A stretch of 63,270 nt of DNA, filler included, from Vannella sp. (taxonomy: Eukaryota), in the NCBI GenBank assembly GCA_023345925.1. It is 7 parts of 7 records of this genome, joined end to end, with 100 filler letters (N's around TTAATTAATTAA, not from the genome) between each part and the next. Parts side by side here need not be neighbours in the genome. Positions count along the whole stretch, not along the records: positions 1 to 4,559 come from JAJQQN010000086.1; positions 4,660 to 18,272 come from JAJQQN010001300.1; 5 more parts are not named here. One strand, written 5' to 3'. Below the pieces are notes generated by a model, which was given only the letters and a program-made list of their open reading frames with translations, did not search any database and was not told where the DNA came from. Positions 1-10,686 of the stretch are shown piece after piece (the first letter of the stretch is position 1; every line of letters begins with the position of its first letter). The translations under genes were made by a program, and so were the position numbers.

Positions 1-141
1 CTCATCTGGCACTGACAAGAGAGAGACTGGAGAGGAAGTGAAAAGATAAGAGAGTCTCTTATCTTGTGAGAAATGGGTTTCAAAGAAACTCCGGCGTCCC
101 TGTCGTCATTCACCGGATTCCACTCTCTGAACCGACGAGAA

Positions 142-157
142 TTAGGGTTTAGGGTTT
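142..157. promoter_or_regulatory. telo-box-like (TTTAGGG/AAACCCTA) repeat
   Basis: TTAGGGTTTAGGGTTT about 105 nt upstream of the DCN1 ATG; the same motif recurs upstream of other genes. Confidence 0.55.
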
Positions 158-262
158 AACTCCTTCGGACCCTCTTGTTCGTGGTTTATTGGATGACAAG
201 AGGCTGTTTCGGACCTCAAGTTAGGACATCTGAATTCATTGTTTTGGGAGCAAGGAGGGGCA

Positions 263-1411
263 ATGGTGAGGGGTCCTCGGCGAGGGGGTTTTGTTGACTC
301 TTTTGGACAGGATAAGAGCCGGCTTTCTGCGAGACAGAAGCAAGTGATTCAAAGGAACTTCTTGGCAGTGACAGAGGATGTGAGGTAAGCGAGATGAGGA
401 AGGAGAGAGGGGGAGAGAGGTTCACACCATTTCAAGCGAGAACGCGGCCACCAAGTTCCTCCACAAGCATGATTGGAACCTTCAGGAAGCTATGAACTCC
501 TACTTCGAGAACCCTTACCAGCTACGGAAGAGCAATGTCTCACAGAGCGGGATCGAGGTCCTCTTCCAACTCTATCAAGGTAACCTTACTCCATGAGCGA
601 GTAGAAAGCTGTCTGCTGAACGTATTCACCTCAGATGAGAACATTGAAGATGGTCCACGTATCACAGAGGACGGATTTGATCGCCTCGTCGCGGACTTGG
701 GTATTGCTGAGGAAGATCCCGTCCAGTTCGTCTTAGCGTGGGAATGTGGCAGCCAGCAAGTATCTGTTATCACCTTTACAGAGTTTCGTCTGGGAATGAA
801 CCATCTGGAGTGAGTTCTGGCAAAGATCACGTGGGAATGGACTGACAAGGTGACCGGAAGGTGCGATTCTCTGGCAAAGCTGACTGCAAAGCTCCCCTCC
901 CTTCGTCAGAAGCTTGAAGACCCCAAGCAGTTTAAGGAATTCTATTTTTGGCTCTTTGCCTACGCCAAAGGCGCCAAAGAGAAGAAGGGACTCCGTATGT
1001 TGGTCTTGTGATCTTGAGTCCATCCGAGCTCACCTTTTGGACTTGCTTTGCAGAGAAAGATGTGGCTATTGGGCTATGGGAGATGATCTTCTCCTCGAGA
1101 TTCCAGCTCCTCCCCCAGTGGTGCCAGTTCCTGGTCAGTATCTGATTTTCGATCTGAGGATCTCTTTCACTCACTGGCAGGTCTGCAGGAACCTCACAAA
1201 AGAGACATCTCAAAAGACACTTGGCAGCAACTTTTGGACTTTTCCAATACTGCGTCAGAAGACCCAACGCTCCAGAATTACGATAACACAGGTATGCCAA
1301 CGCACCCAAGATTACCTTCCAGCCTCTGACAGTGAACCAGCTGCCTGGCCTGTACTTATTGACGAGTTTGTGGAATGGCTGAAAGAGAAAAGCATCATTC
1401 CCAAGAACTAA
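263..1411 (+). CDS. DCUN1D: DCN1-like neddylation co-E3 (UBA + PONY domain), multi-exon
   Basis: Hand-spliced model. ATG-only first exon 263-265 followed by GTGAGG. UBA-like KFLHKHDWNLQEAMNSYF; PONY motifs FKEFYFWLFAYAK, ISKDTWQQLLDF, AWPVLIDEFVEW; stop at 1411. Confidence 0.92.
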
Positions 1412-2003
1412 CTCAATGAACCCACACATTTCCCAACGCACCCTTTCGTTAAGCAACATCCAGTGAGACTCTTTCTTCACAGAATGGTTGAGTGCAAACT
1501 CTGGATGGACCTACGAATAATCTTGCTGAGGAACATCGCTCTGCCCATCTGAAGAGCCTTTCTTCGTTAGTTAGGAAGAGTGTTCGTGAATAGATGGAAG
1601 TTCGATTTTCAAGGTTGGGCAGCAACAATGGCAATATAGAGCTCCTGGAGAGATAAATCTTGGTAGCAGAGGTGCTTTAGAAGAGAGGACTGAGGTGGAA
1701 GCCAATTCCGAGGACATTGTGAAAATCATGGAGACATCGCCACTGTCCCTTTACTATCCTCTCTGATGTCTGGTGAGGGAAATGAACAGGAAACGGTTTT
1801 GCGAGTGCAACACTTGGACCAGGCCAAAGAGGGCTCGGACACGATTTTGGATGGTGTGCTTCTTTATTCCCTCTCATCGGAAGGAGGTGGCCTTCCATCA
1901 GTCGGCTTTCGGACAAAGAAACTGGTTGAGCTTGTGCGCATCCATGACACCTGTTGATGGTGGAAGAGGGCCAAGTCACCTGAAAAGGCTCCGTCGTCTT
2001 TCA

Positions 2004-2102
2004 CTTGAGAAAGAAAACCGACACCATCTTCCACGCAAACCTTCACAAGTGATTCTCTTCTACAGGTTTGCGTGGAAGATGGTGTAGGTTTTCTTTCTCA
2101 AG
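2004..2102. ncRNA. 39-bp near-perfect hairpin, candidate pre-miRNA/hairpin RNA
   Basis: Arms 2004-2042 and 2064-2102 are reverse complements at 38/39 positions, with a 21-nt loop. The hairpin lies in a 1.4-kb interval with no convincing CDS. Confidence 0.45.
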
Positions 2103-2856
2103 ATCCTCAGGTTTCTTTGCGAGGGGCACTTCTCCTGTCGAGCGAAAGAAGTGTTGGTTCCAGAGGACTTGCGGAAGAGCCTGAAGAGGTCCTTGGAAGT
2201 GGAGCCACCAGCTGAGAAAGCTCTCTAATCTCTTGCTTCGCACCGGGGGACATCCTCGGGTACTATCCGCGCTTCTTGGGAGTCTGGCCTTGATCAGAGG
2301 TCCAGAATCAGCGATACGCAGGATTGCTTCTTCAGCTCTCGTGTCAATGAGACTTCCTTGTGAAGTACCTCTTCGCGATCTTGTCTCGGATCGTTGAGTT
2401 GCAAGGTACACCGCTCTCTGCGGCAAGTTCTGAAGCATGGTCAGTCCAAAACCGTCTGGGGTATGTCGTGATGTATCAAGAAATCAATAAGCGGGGTGTT
2501 GACTGTGTCGACCATCAGCATCCATGTCGAACTGTTGATGCCAAAGCAAGTGCTTTCTCATCCTGCTTGTAGAGGAGCTTCCCTTCTTCGTTCTTTTGTA
2601 GATGCCCTTTGTGGGGGGACAGAGCTTGCACCACGCGTGGGTATCTGTAAGGTTGAAGTGTTCAGCTTACTTATTTTGCGGATCTCGTCATCATTCATCC
2701 CCGCATGGTCCTCACCACCAGACCCTGAGAAAAAGAAATGAAAAGTGGTGGTTCCTGTATTTCTTAATCATACCGGGACGAGACTTGAATTAACTAATTA
2801 ATCTATGAGTATAATCCAATCATTATTTAGCTTCCTTCTTTTGAGCGGAACGGGCG

Positions 2857-4559
2857 ATGGCGGACTCGGAGGCGAAGCTGTCCCGCGTGGCTGCGCAACA
2901 ATACACTGAAAAGAAGTTTGGCCCTTGTGCTAAGACCATGCAACGGGTCCTCGCTTTGAGCAAGGCCAAAAGCGCTGCCTCTCTTCTTCTTCGCCACAAC
3001 TTTGCGGTTGCTAACTTCTGCGCAGAGAGCCAAAGAGATCCAGAGAAGCTGCTTGGTGTCCTTCTGAAGATGGCTCCCACATGGGACTATGAGAAGGAGA
3101 AGCTCTCTGAGGAGCGCTGCGTTGTTGTTTACAACATCGCCCTGCTCGAGTTTGGCATGAGGCGTTACCGTACGGCCTTGACACGCCTGGAACCTGTGTT
3201 CGCTGGCATAGAGGAGTTCTCTGACTACCTCAGCGTGAAGGTTTGCTTCCTCCTGCTCGACATCTACTTGGTACTCGGCAGGCAACACTGCAGCACCATC
3301 CAAAACGCTACTCCAGTCATCTCCTTCTTGCAGAGCTTCGCCAATCAAACCACAGCCAAGAAGGCACCCACTAGCGCAAAGGTAGCCCCGGAGGCCGCCA
3401 CCCCTGGAGAGGAGGCCATGCAGGTGGACATGGCTGAGTTCAAGTATCAGTTCCACCTCTACAAAGCCAAGTTCAGCCTGTTCAACCGCGTGCTGAACCA
3501 AGCCACGCGCGAGATCAAAGTCTGCATGGGCATCAGCAACGCCTCTCCCCAGCCCATGTTCCTCAAGTCCAACCTGGAGCACCTTAAGGAGAACTACGAC
3601 AAGGCGATTAAGATCCTCAACGCCCTACAGGACGATAAGAGCGATCCCAGCTTGTCCACGCTCTACTTTAACAACATTGGCGTGATCCACTTCCAGTTGC
3701 GGAAGTACGAGGCTGCAGGCTTCTACTTTGCAAGAGCCATGGCAGAGAACGAAACAGCTCACTGTTCTGAGGGTCAGTGGCAGGTGGAACTGGGGACATT
3801 CACTCGCGACCGCCGTCAGGAGATTCTTTATAACGCAGGCTTGCTCCATCTAGTGGCAGGGAGACCAGAGCTAGCGTTTGATTGCTTCCAAGGAAGCGCT
3901 CTCACTTACTACAAAGATCCTCGCTTGTGGCTTCGTATGGCTGAATGCTGCGTAGCCACTTATGCGAAACAAGCTACTGAAGCTCGCGGCGCACAGAGAA
4001 CAGTCTCTCCCGTGCACATCCCAAGCAGTGCTATCCCAGGATCCGACGCAGTGACAACAAAGCTTGTGCTGCATGGTGATCCCGACTCTGCTTTGGAGAT
4101 TTCAGAGAAAGATGAGCCGCAGCTCAAATCCCTCTTCTCTGGCGCCCCCTTTGGTAAACTCAGTCTTGAATACGCTGAGACGTGTCTCCGTAGCTGCCTC
4201 TACCTTTGCCGTCGCTTGCTCTCAAAGTTTCCTGCAAACCCAGACGCCGCGAATGCAGACCCTCTCTCTTCCGAGGAGTCACCAACACTGACTTTGCAGC
4301 TGACAAAGGATGATCTTGACACCATCCGACAAGCTTGTTTGACCAACCTGGCTTATGTCTCACTGAGCACGAACAATCCGATGATCACAATCACCTGTGC
4401 CAAGAACCTTCTTCTCTCCAAAGGTGGAGACCACGCGTTTGGGTAAGTCACTCCCACGATGGTCCCTTCTCTTCTATTGCTGATGCCCATGGGGGTGGAA
4501 CAGTCTCTTCGCTCATCTCTACGTGGCGGAGGCGTATTGTATTTTGGATCGTCCTGCGG
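2857..4559 (+). CDS. CNOT10: CCR4-NOT complex subunit 10 (TPR), 3' truncated at contig end
   Basis: 529-aa ORF with LYFNNIGVIHF, EILYNAGLLHL, PRLWLRMAECC and NLAYVSL motifs; GTAAGT intron at 4443. Confidence 0.9.
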
Positions 4560-4659
4560 NNNNNNNNNNNNNNNNNNNNNNNNNNNNNNNNNNNNNNNNN
4601 NNNTTAATTAATTAANNNNNNNNNNNNNNNNNNNNNNNNNNNNNNNNNNNNNNNNNNNN
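4560..4659. other. artificial contig linker
   Basis: 100-nt N run with central TTAATTAATTAA (stops in all six frames). Confidence 0.98.
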
Positions 4660-4753
4660 CCCTTTCCTTCCACGAGTTTTGTGGGCCGTCTCAAATGAAG
4701 ATCAGATTTACACTCGCATTATTAGTATTAATAGAGTCTGAGATCATTTTTTG

Positions 4754-5999
4754 ATGGGAAACACTCAAAGCGAGGATCAGGCGGGTTGTCCTTACACCCA
4801 CGGCTTCCACGTGCTTCGTGTAAGCAAGGGGATGATGCTGTAGACTGGTGGTTAATCAATGGGGTGACAGGTGCGGGAGAACTCTCCGGGAAGCAGGGCA
4901 GGGTTGAAGTCGTTCTTTGATGTCATCACGGAAGCGAATGGGCAGGTGCTGGTACGAGAAGAGAAAGCGCATTTGAATCTTTCCTTACAAGCTAACACAG
5001 ACGAACATGGACGGGACTCTCACGCGCATTGTCAACGAAAACATGGACAAAGCTGTTCGTATTCGAGTGTACAACACCAAGACAGAGCAGATGCGAGGTT
5101 AGAGGGGTGACGGTCTACTTTATATACTTATTCCATCATTCAGAGACGGAGATTGTTCCCTCTCGATGGACAGAGAACCCAAAGGAAGTGTTGGGGATCA
5201 GCATCCGCCACTGTGCAGTGAAGGACGCCAATGACTTTGTTTGGCATGTGCAAGACGTCTTCCCCAACTCCCCTGCAAGCGCTGCAGGGTTGCGGGACAA
5301 CACGGATTACATCATTGCGAGTGATCGTTTCTTCTTCCAGGACTCGGAAGACTTCTTCCACCTGATTGACGAGAACCTGGGGAAAGCTCTGGGTCTTTGG
5401 GTGTACAATTCAGTGTCAGATGACATCCGATTGGTGAGTGGGGCCTGCCTCAGGGCCAACGAGGAGCTGACCTTCACCAGACTACCATCACTCCGGATCG
5501 CTCGTGGGGTGGAACAGGTACTCTGGGGTGCAATGTGGCCTATGGGTTCCTCCATAAGATCCCCACCAAGAGAGGGAGCAACATCCTCCATTCAGAAACA
5601 CTTCCAAACCCCCCACAGAACGCTTATGTCCCCAGCCCGGTTGCCCCTTCGGCCAAATCAGTTCTTGGAAGCATTAGCTCTGAGCCTTTGGTACCTCAAC
5701 CAGCACCTGTGTTCCCAGTCCCTCTCAATATCGAGCCTCAGGCGGAAATCCGACTCCCCACCGTGGACGAGCGAGTGCAGGAGATGTTGTCCCAACTGGA
5801 AGACCCAAATGATGTCCCTTGCTCCCCAATAGTGACCACGGCCCCTTCCAGAGCCTCTCCCGCCGGGTTCGTATCTCCTGGATTCCAGGGGACCGTCATT
5901 GCCGGCTCCCCAGCTCCGGACTTGTCTGCACTGAAGGACAAACAAAGCGACTTGCAAAGGCAAATGCAAGCTCTTCGTGAGCGAATGCGCGAGCAATAA
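4754..5999 (+). CDS. GORASP: Golgi reassembly stacking protein (GRASP55/65 family)
   Basis: MGNTQS myristoylation-type start, GFHVLRVRENSPG, WHVQDVFPNSPASAAGL, WGGTGTLGCNVAYGFLHKIP, Pro-rich tail; several short introns. Confidence 0.92.
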
Positions 6000-6066
6000 A
6001 CACGAAATGGCTCCAAAGAAGGCGAAGGGGAGGGAAAGGGGGGAAAGGGAGGGGATTGGCTTCATT

Positions 6067-9000
6067 CTAGTCATCATCCTCGGAAGAGGCCTCGATTTCA
6101 TCAAGATAGTTTGTGTACAAAGTGTCGCAGAAGGATTGCCAAGGAGAATGCTGACTGAGGAACTCTTCCACTGGAGCGATGGCTTCGGAGCGGATGAGGG
6201 CGGAAGTGAGTTCCACTAACATCCCACTGAAACTGTTCCGGAAAGCGTGGGGCTTGGCCCATTCCTCTGTAGCCTTGACTATGATAAAGTCCGCCATTCC
6301 AAAGCGGTTGAGTAGAGGAGAAGCGATCTCCTTGATCCTCAGACAGAGATGGAGCAAATACAGAATCGTCTGTTGCATGATGGAGTTCCGAGGGAAGCGG
6401 CACAGCATCTTCAGGATGACCAAGAGACACCCTGACTCTACCACTTGTTCCACAGTGAGCGGAGCAGCTGATGTTTCCAACAGAACGCAGAAAAGCTCGA
6501 GAATCTTCAATCGAAGGACCCCCAAAGCCTCAATTTCGCCATCTGTTGTTGGAATCATCTTGAAAGGGCCATTAAGATGGGAGGACCTTTAAAGGGTAGC
6601 TCTTACCCGTCCCTGGGCTTCTAAACGTTCCACAAAGACAGGAATGCATTCGCACACTAACTCGTTTAGCGTGGGCATTGGCTCTTCGAACTATTAAAGG
6701 GATGAGTTTGGGTGAGAGGTTAGTAGAGCTACTTACCAGAGGGATCCCAAGGTCTTCGACATCCACAAGGTCAAAATCATCATGGAGGAAGGTTTTGGGT
6801 TCCTCTCCGCGCCAAAGCATGTGAATGAGCATCTCCAGTCCCTTCGTGTACTTGAATTCGGTCTGTTCTGGGGTCTCTTCTTCGGTGAAGAAGGCGTCTT
6901 CGATAAAAGATGAAAGCATCGCTTCGTCATCTACTTCCATGTGTCCAAGGATGACAGAATCCTCTATTAAAGGCAGTAAATTGTCCCCAACCAGCAAGTT
7001 ATGGAGGATGTGGTTGGCATCGTAGTGTTCAATGATAGCTTCCACTTCTTCTTGCTCGAATTGGCGCCTAGAACCTGGTTCTCTCCATAACACAGTCATC
7101 CCTGAGTTGCCCAGCCCAACATCGTTCAGGGCCAACTCTGACTCCAAAGAAAAGTCATTCAAATTCAGGTCTAAAAACTGCAGTGGCGAGTCTGGCCTCT
7201 TGGCAATACTATCAGAGATTGCCTTTGCAGTTTCCAAGGCAATATCGCAATCGCGCATGAAAAGCTTCTTCAATCGAGAGACTAGTAAAGCCTCTCCGAT
7301 GAATTTCCCACCAACGTCGCCAAGAGAGTTGCAATTGAGTACAATCTCTTCTAAGGGAATCACAGCAGGCTCCTACAAGACAATCAGCAAGTCATAAGCA
7401 TAAGGTAGATTAGGTGGTCCACTCACTCCACTGATGGAGAATTGATCATCATCGATTTCTTCAATGCCAGAGACAGTTCCAAGAAGGTTCGTTGCGATAG
7501 ATTCTACCCCTTTGTGCGAAATTTCGCAGCCGCTCAAGTCGATTCGGGTCAAACTAGGATGGTCTCTGAGAGCTATGGCCAGCCGAACAGCACCACGGTC
7601 CCCAATAGAATTGTTAGATATGGAGAGGTTGGTCAGTCCTTTGTTTTTTTTGAGCCCCCGAGCGAGGGCACTGGCTCCATCGGCCGTGATTTCATTGCCT
7701 TCAAGATTGAGTCCCAACTGAATGACTGTGAGCATAGATTGGGGTGTTGATGAGGCTTCCTACCAAGTTTTTGACAAATGGTAGGGCTTTTGAGAGCTCT
7801 TTTACCCCCTCTGTGGTCAATCCACTCCAAGAGAGATCTAAGATCATTAATCTGCAATCTCTTCGGCGAAGGAAGCTTCCTAATCGCTCCATACTTCCTG
7901 GATTGTCAAAGCGACTCCCGCTCATAAACAGCCTGCGGAGATTTCGGACTTTCTTTCGCTCCTGAAAGCTCCAGTTAGGTCTGTTTCCACTAAGGGAGCT
8001 CTAAAACTCACTTCTAACTTGTCCAAAAGGAGAATGAGTTCGGTAGTGTTGGTGTCAGCAGTGTTAAGGTTGATGCAAAGGAACGTTCGGTCAGTATCTA
8101 ATAATTCTAGATATCCTGGAACATCTAATCCATCTTCTTCTGGGTCTTCCATGGCTCTAGGAGTATCGGGCATCTCATCTGAGAGAGAGTCTGACATGCT
8201 ACTTCGTTCAATACGGGGAGATTCTTGCTCCTCAAGCTCTGCCTCGAAAGCTTCGAGAGTAACTTCGTCGTCTTCATCAGACTGGACGGGTTTTCGAGAT
8301 TTCTTTTGAGCAGGCTCGGGTATCCGACGGACTGGTATAGGGCTGTCGCGCCTCTGAAGTTGTAAGTGAGGTGCAACCTTGAGTGGTAGTGCTTTTGATC
8401 CCATTAGCGCCTCCTGCTCTCGAGTGATACGGAGGGACTCGATTTGCTCATTTGTGAGCAGGTTCTGTTCCCGAGTGCCACGCTCCTGCTCTATTGTGGG
8501 ACTCAAAATGTGTGGCTCTTCTTTACGAAGAGACTGCCCCTCCATCTGTGCTGAGTGCAGGGGCTCCTCTCCTTGCTCTTTAGCTCTCACCCTTGCCTCT
8601 TCTTCGACCCTTGCAAGAGCTTCAGCCTTCGCCACTTCTTCAGCCTTCGCCTCTGCTTCGGCCTTCGCCTCTTCTTCGGCCTTTGTCTGAGCATCGGCCT
8701 TCGCCTCTGCTTCAGCCTTTTCCTGAGCTTCAGCTCTCGCCTCTTCTTCGGCCCTTGCCTGAGCTTCAGCCCTCTCCTCCTCTTCGGCCTTTGCCCTTGC
8801 CTCCTTTTCAGCCTTTGCCTTTGCCTCTGCTTCGATCCTTGCCTCTTCTTCAGCCCTTGCCTCTGCTTCTGCTTCGGTCCTCGCCTCTTCCTCAGCCTTT
8901 GCCTTTGCCTCTGCTTCGGCCCAAGCTACTTCTTCAGCCTTTGCCTTCGCTTCAGCTCTCGCCTCTTCTTCGGCCTTTGCCTGGTCCTCAGCCTTTGCCT

Positions 9001-10522
9001 TTGCCCTTGCCTCCTCTTCAGCCTTTGCCTTTGCCTCTGCTTCAACCCTCGCCTCTTCTTCAGCCTTTGCCTTTGCCTCTGCTTCGATCCTCGCCTCTTC
9101 TTCAGCCTTTGCCTGAGCTTCAGCCCTCGCCTCCTCTTCGGCCTTTGCCCTCGCCTCTTCAGCCTTTGCCTCTTCTTCAGCCTTTGCCTCTTCTTCAGCC
9201 TTTGCCCTTGCCTCCTCTTCAGCCTTTGCCTTTGCCTCTTCTTCAGCCCTTGCCTTTGCCTCCGCTTCAGCCCTCGCCTCTTCTTCAGCCTTTGCCTGAG
9301 CTTCAGCCCTCGCCTCCGCTTCGGTCTTTAGCTTTGCCTCTTCGGCCCTCGCCTCCTCCTCCTGTTTGGCAAGGCGTTCAGCTTCTTGGACCAAGCGGGC
9401 TTGCTCTGCACGTAATAGCTCTTCTTCTCTTCTCTGATTCTCTTGCCTTGAGCGCAGCTCCTCTGCTTCACGCTGTACTCGCTCCTCCTCAGCAAGGCGA
9501 GCTTCTTCTTCTGCCTGGCGAACTTCCTCCTCACGTTGTCTCTCGAGCTCCTCCAATCGCTTCTTCTCCTCCTGCATTGAACGAAGCTCTTCGGCTTTGC
9601 GCTGTTCTTCAGCAAGACGGGCCGTTTCCTCGGCTCGAAGAGTCTCCTCTTCGCGTAGTCTCGCCTCCTCTGCTCGTCTCTGCTCTTCTTGGCGTTCTTG
9701 GAGTTCCTTTGCTTCACGCTGCGCTTCCAGTATCAGTCTCTGCTCCTCAGCAAGGCGAGCAGCTTCCTCGGCAAGTCGGAGCTTCTCCTCGCGCTGTTTC
9801 TCTTCCTCCAGCCTTTGCTCCTCTGCAAGTTGAAGGCGGAGCACCTCAGCTTCATGTTCTTGCTTCAGGCGTTGCTCTTCCAGGGCTAGACGCTCTTCTT
9901 CCTGCCTTTTGGCTTCGTCAGCGGCGATTTGCTCTCGTTCTGCTTCGAGGCGGCTCTGCTCAGCGACTCGAGATGCTTCTATAGCCCGTTGTTCTTCTTC
10001 AACCCGCTTTCGCTCGGCCTCACGCTCCAGTTCTTGTCGCTTCTCCTCAGCCAAGCGGTTGGATTCTTGTTGTCGTTTCTCTTCAGCCTGAGCCAGTTCC
10101 TCAGCTTCTCGTTGGGCCTTCTCTTGCTCTCGTTTCTGAGATGCGAGTATCTCTGCCTTGGCAGCTTCCTGCTCCTCGCGGCGGCGGGCTTCTGCTTGCT
10201 CGACCGCTTTGACTTCTTCCTGGAGGCGGTTCGCGGCCTCTTCTTCCTTCATTCGTCGCTTCTCTGCTATCTGGAACAGCCTTTCCGTCTCCTCAGGAGA
10301 AGCCGCAAAGCGCGAAGCCAAGTTGGCGATGGAGCCTGAGCCTGCTCGAAGCAACGGACCCGCAGCAACAGCTGCTGCGGAGGTTCCCCGATTCAAAGGA
10401 ACCTTAGGCGGTATGGGCTCCTCCTCTTTGGGCTGGAAACGCGCCATCAGGCCGGCAATCTTGGAACCCCGCCGCTGGCTCATGCTTCTCGGTAAAATGT
10501 CTCCATCCGCCGGAAACTTCAC
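6067..10522 (-). CDS. large protein: E/R/K/A-rich helical repeat + RNI-like LRRs + C-terminal SAPS-like domain (multi-exon)
   Basis: Successive minus-strand ORFs (7922-10522, 7701-7965, 7373-7735, 6572-7363, 6067-6558) separated by intron-sized gaps. LRRs: LNLEGNEITADGA, LSISNNSIGDRGA. ALGVLRLKILELF and FPRNSIMQ resemble SIT4-associated proteins. Confidence 0.75.
8600..9350 (-). repeat. coding tandem repeat (AEEEARAEAEAKAK-type units)
   Basis: Many degenerate copies of TCTTCAGCCTTTGCC on the + strand, within the 7922-10522 ORF. Confidence 0.9.
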
Positions 10523-10580
10523 TATTTATTTATTGTTCAGAGCTAAAGCGTCTATTTTTACCTTGATGTAGTTTTCCTTG

Positions 10581-10638
10581 TTTAGGGTTTAGAGGGCGAA
10601 ACGTGGGTTTAGGGTTGATCCCTCCTGGGGTTAGGGTT
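10581..10638. promoter_or_regulatory. telo-box cluster in a 164-bp bidirectional promoter
   Basis: TTTAGGGTTT, GGGTTTAGGGTT and GGTTAGGGTT lie between divergent ATGs at 10522 (-) and 10687 (+). Confidence 0.55.
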
Positions 10639-10686
10639 GCCTCACCCCTTCGTGTGGCGTCACTCTTTCCTGCGCCTCTGTCCATC

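Noticed and set aside
142..157. TTTAGGG repeats as true telomeres or a telomerase RNA template
   Set aside because: Only 2-3 units, internal, and consistently promoter-proximal.
1412..2856. Protein-coding gene, RNase P/MRP, snRNA or telomerase RNA in this interval
   Set aside because: The short ORFs lack motifs and splice continuity, and the conserved boxes or template of those RNAs were not found by eye.
8555..9984. Long + strand Leu/Pro- and Leu/Cys-rich ORFs
   Set aside because: Antisense shadows of the E/A/K repeat in the minus-strand gene.
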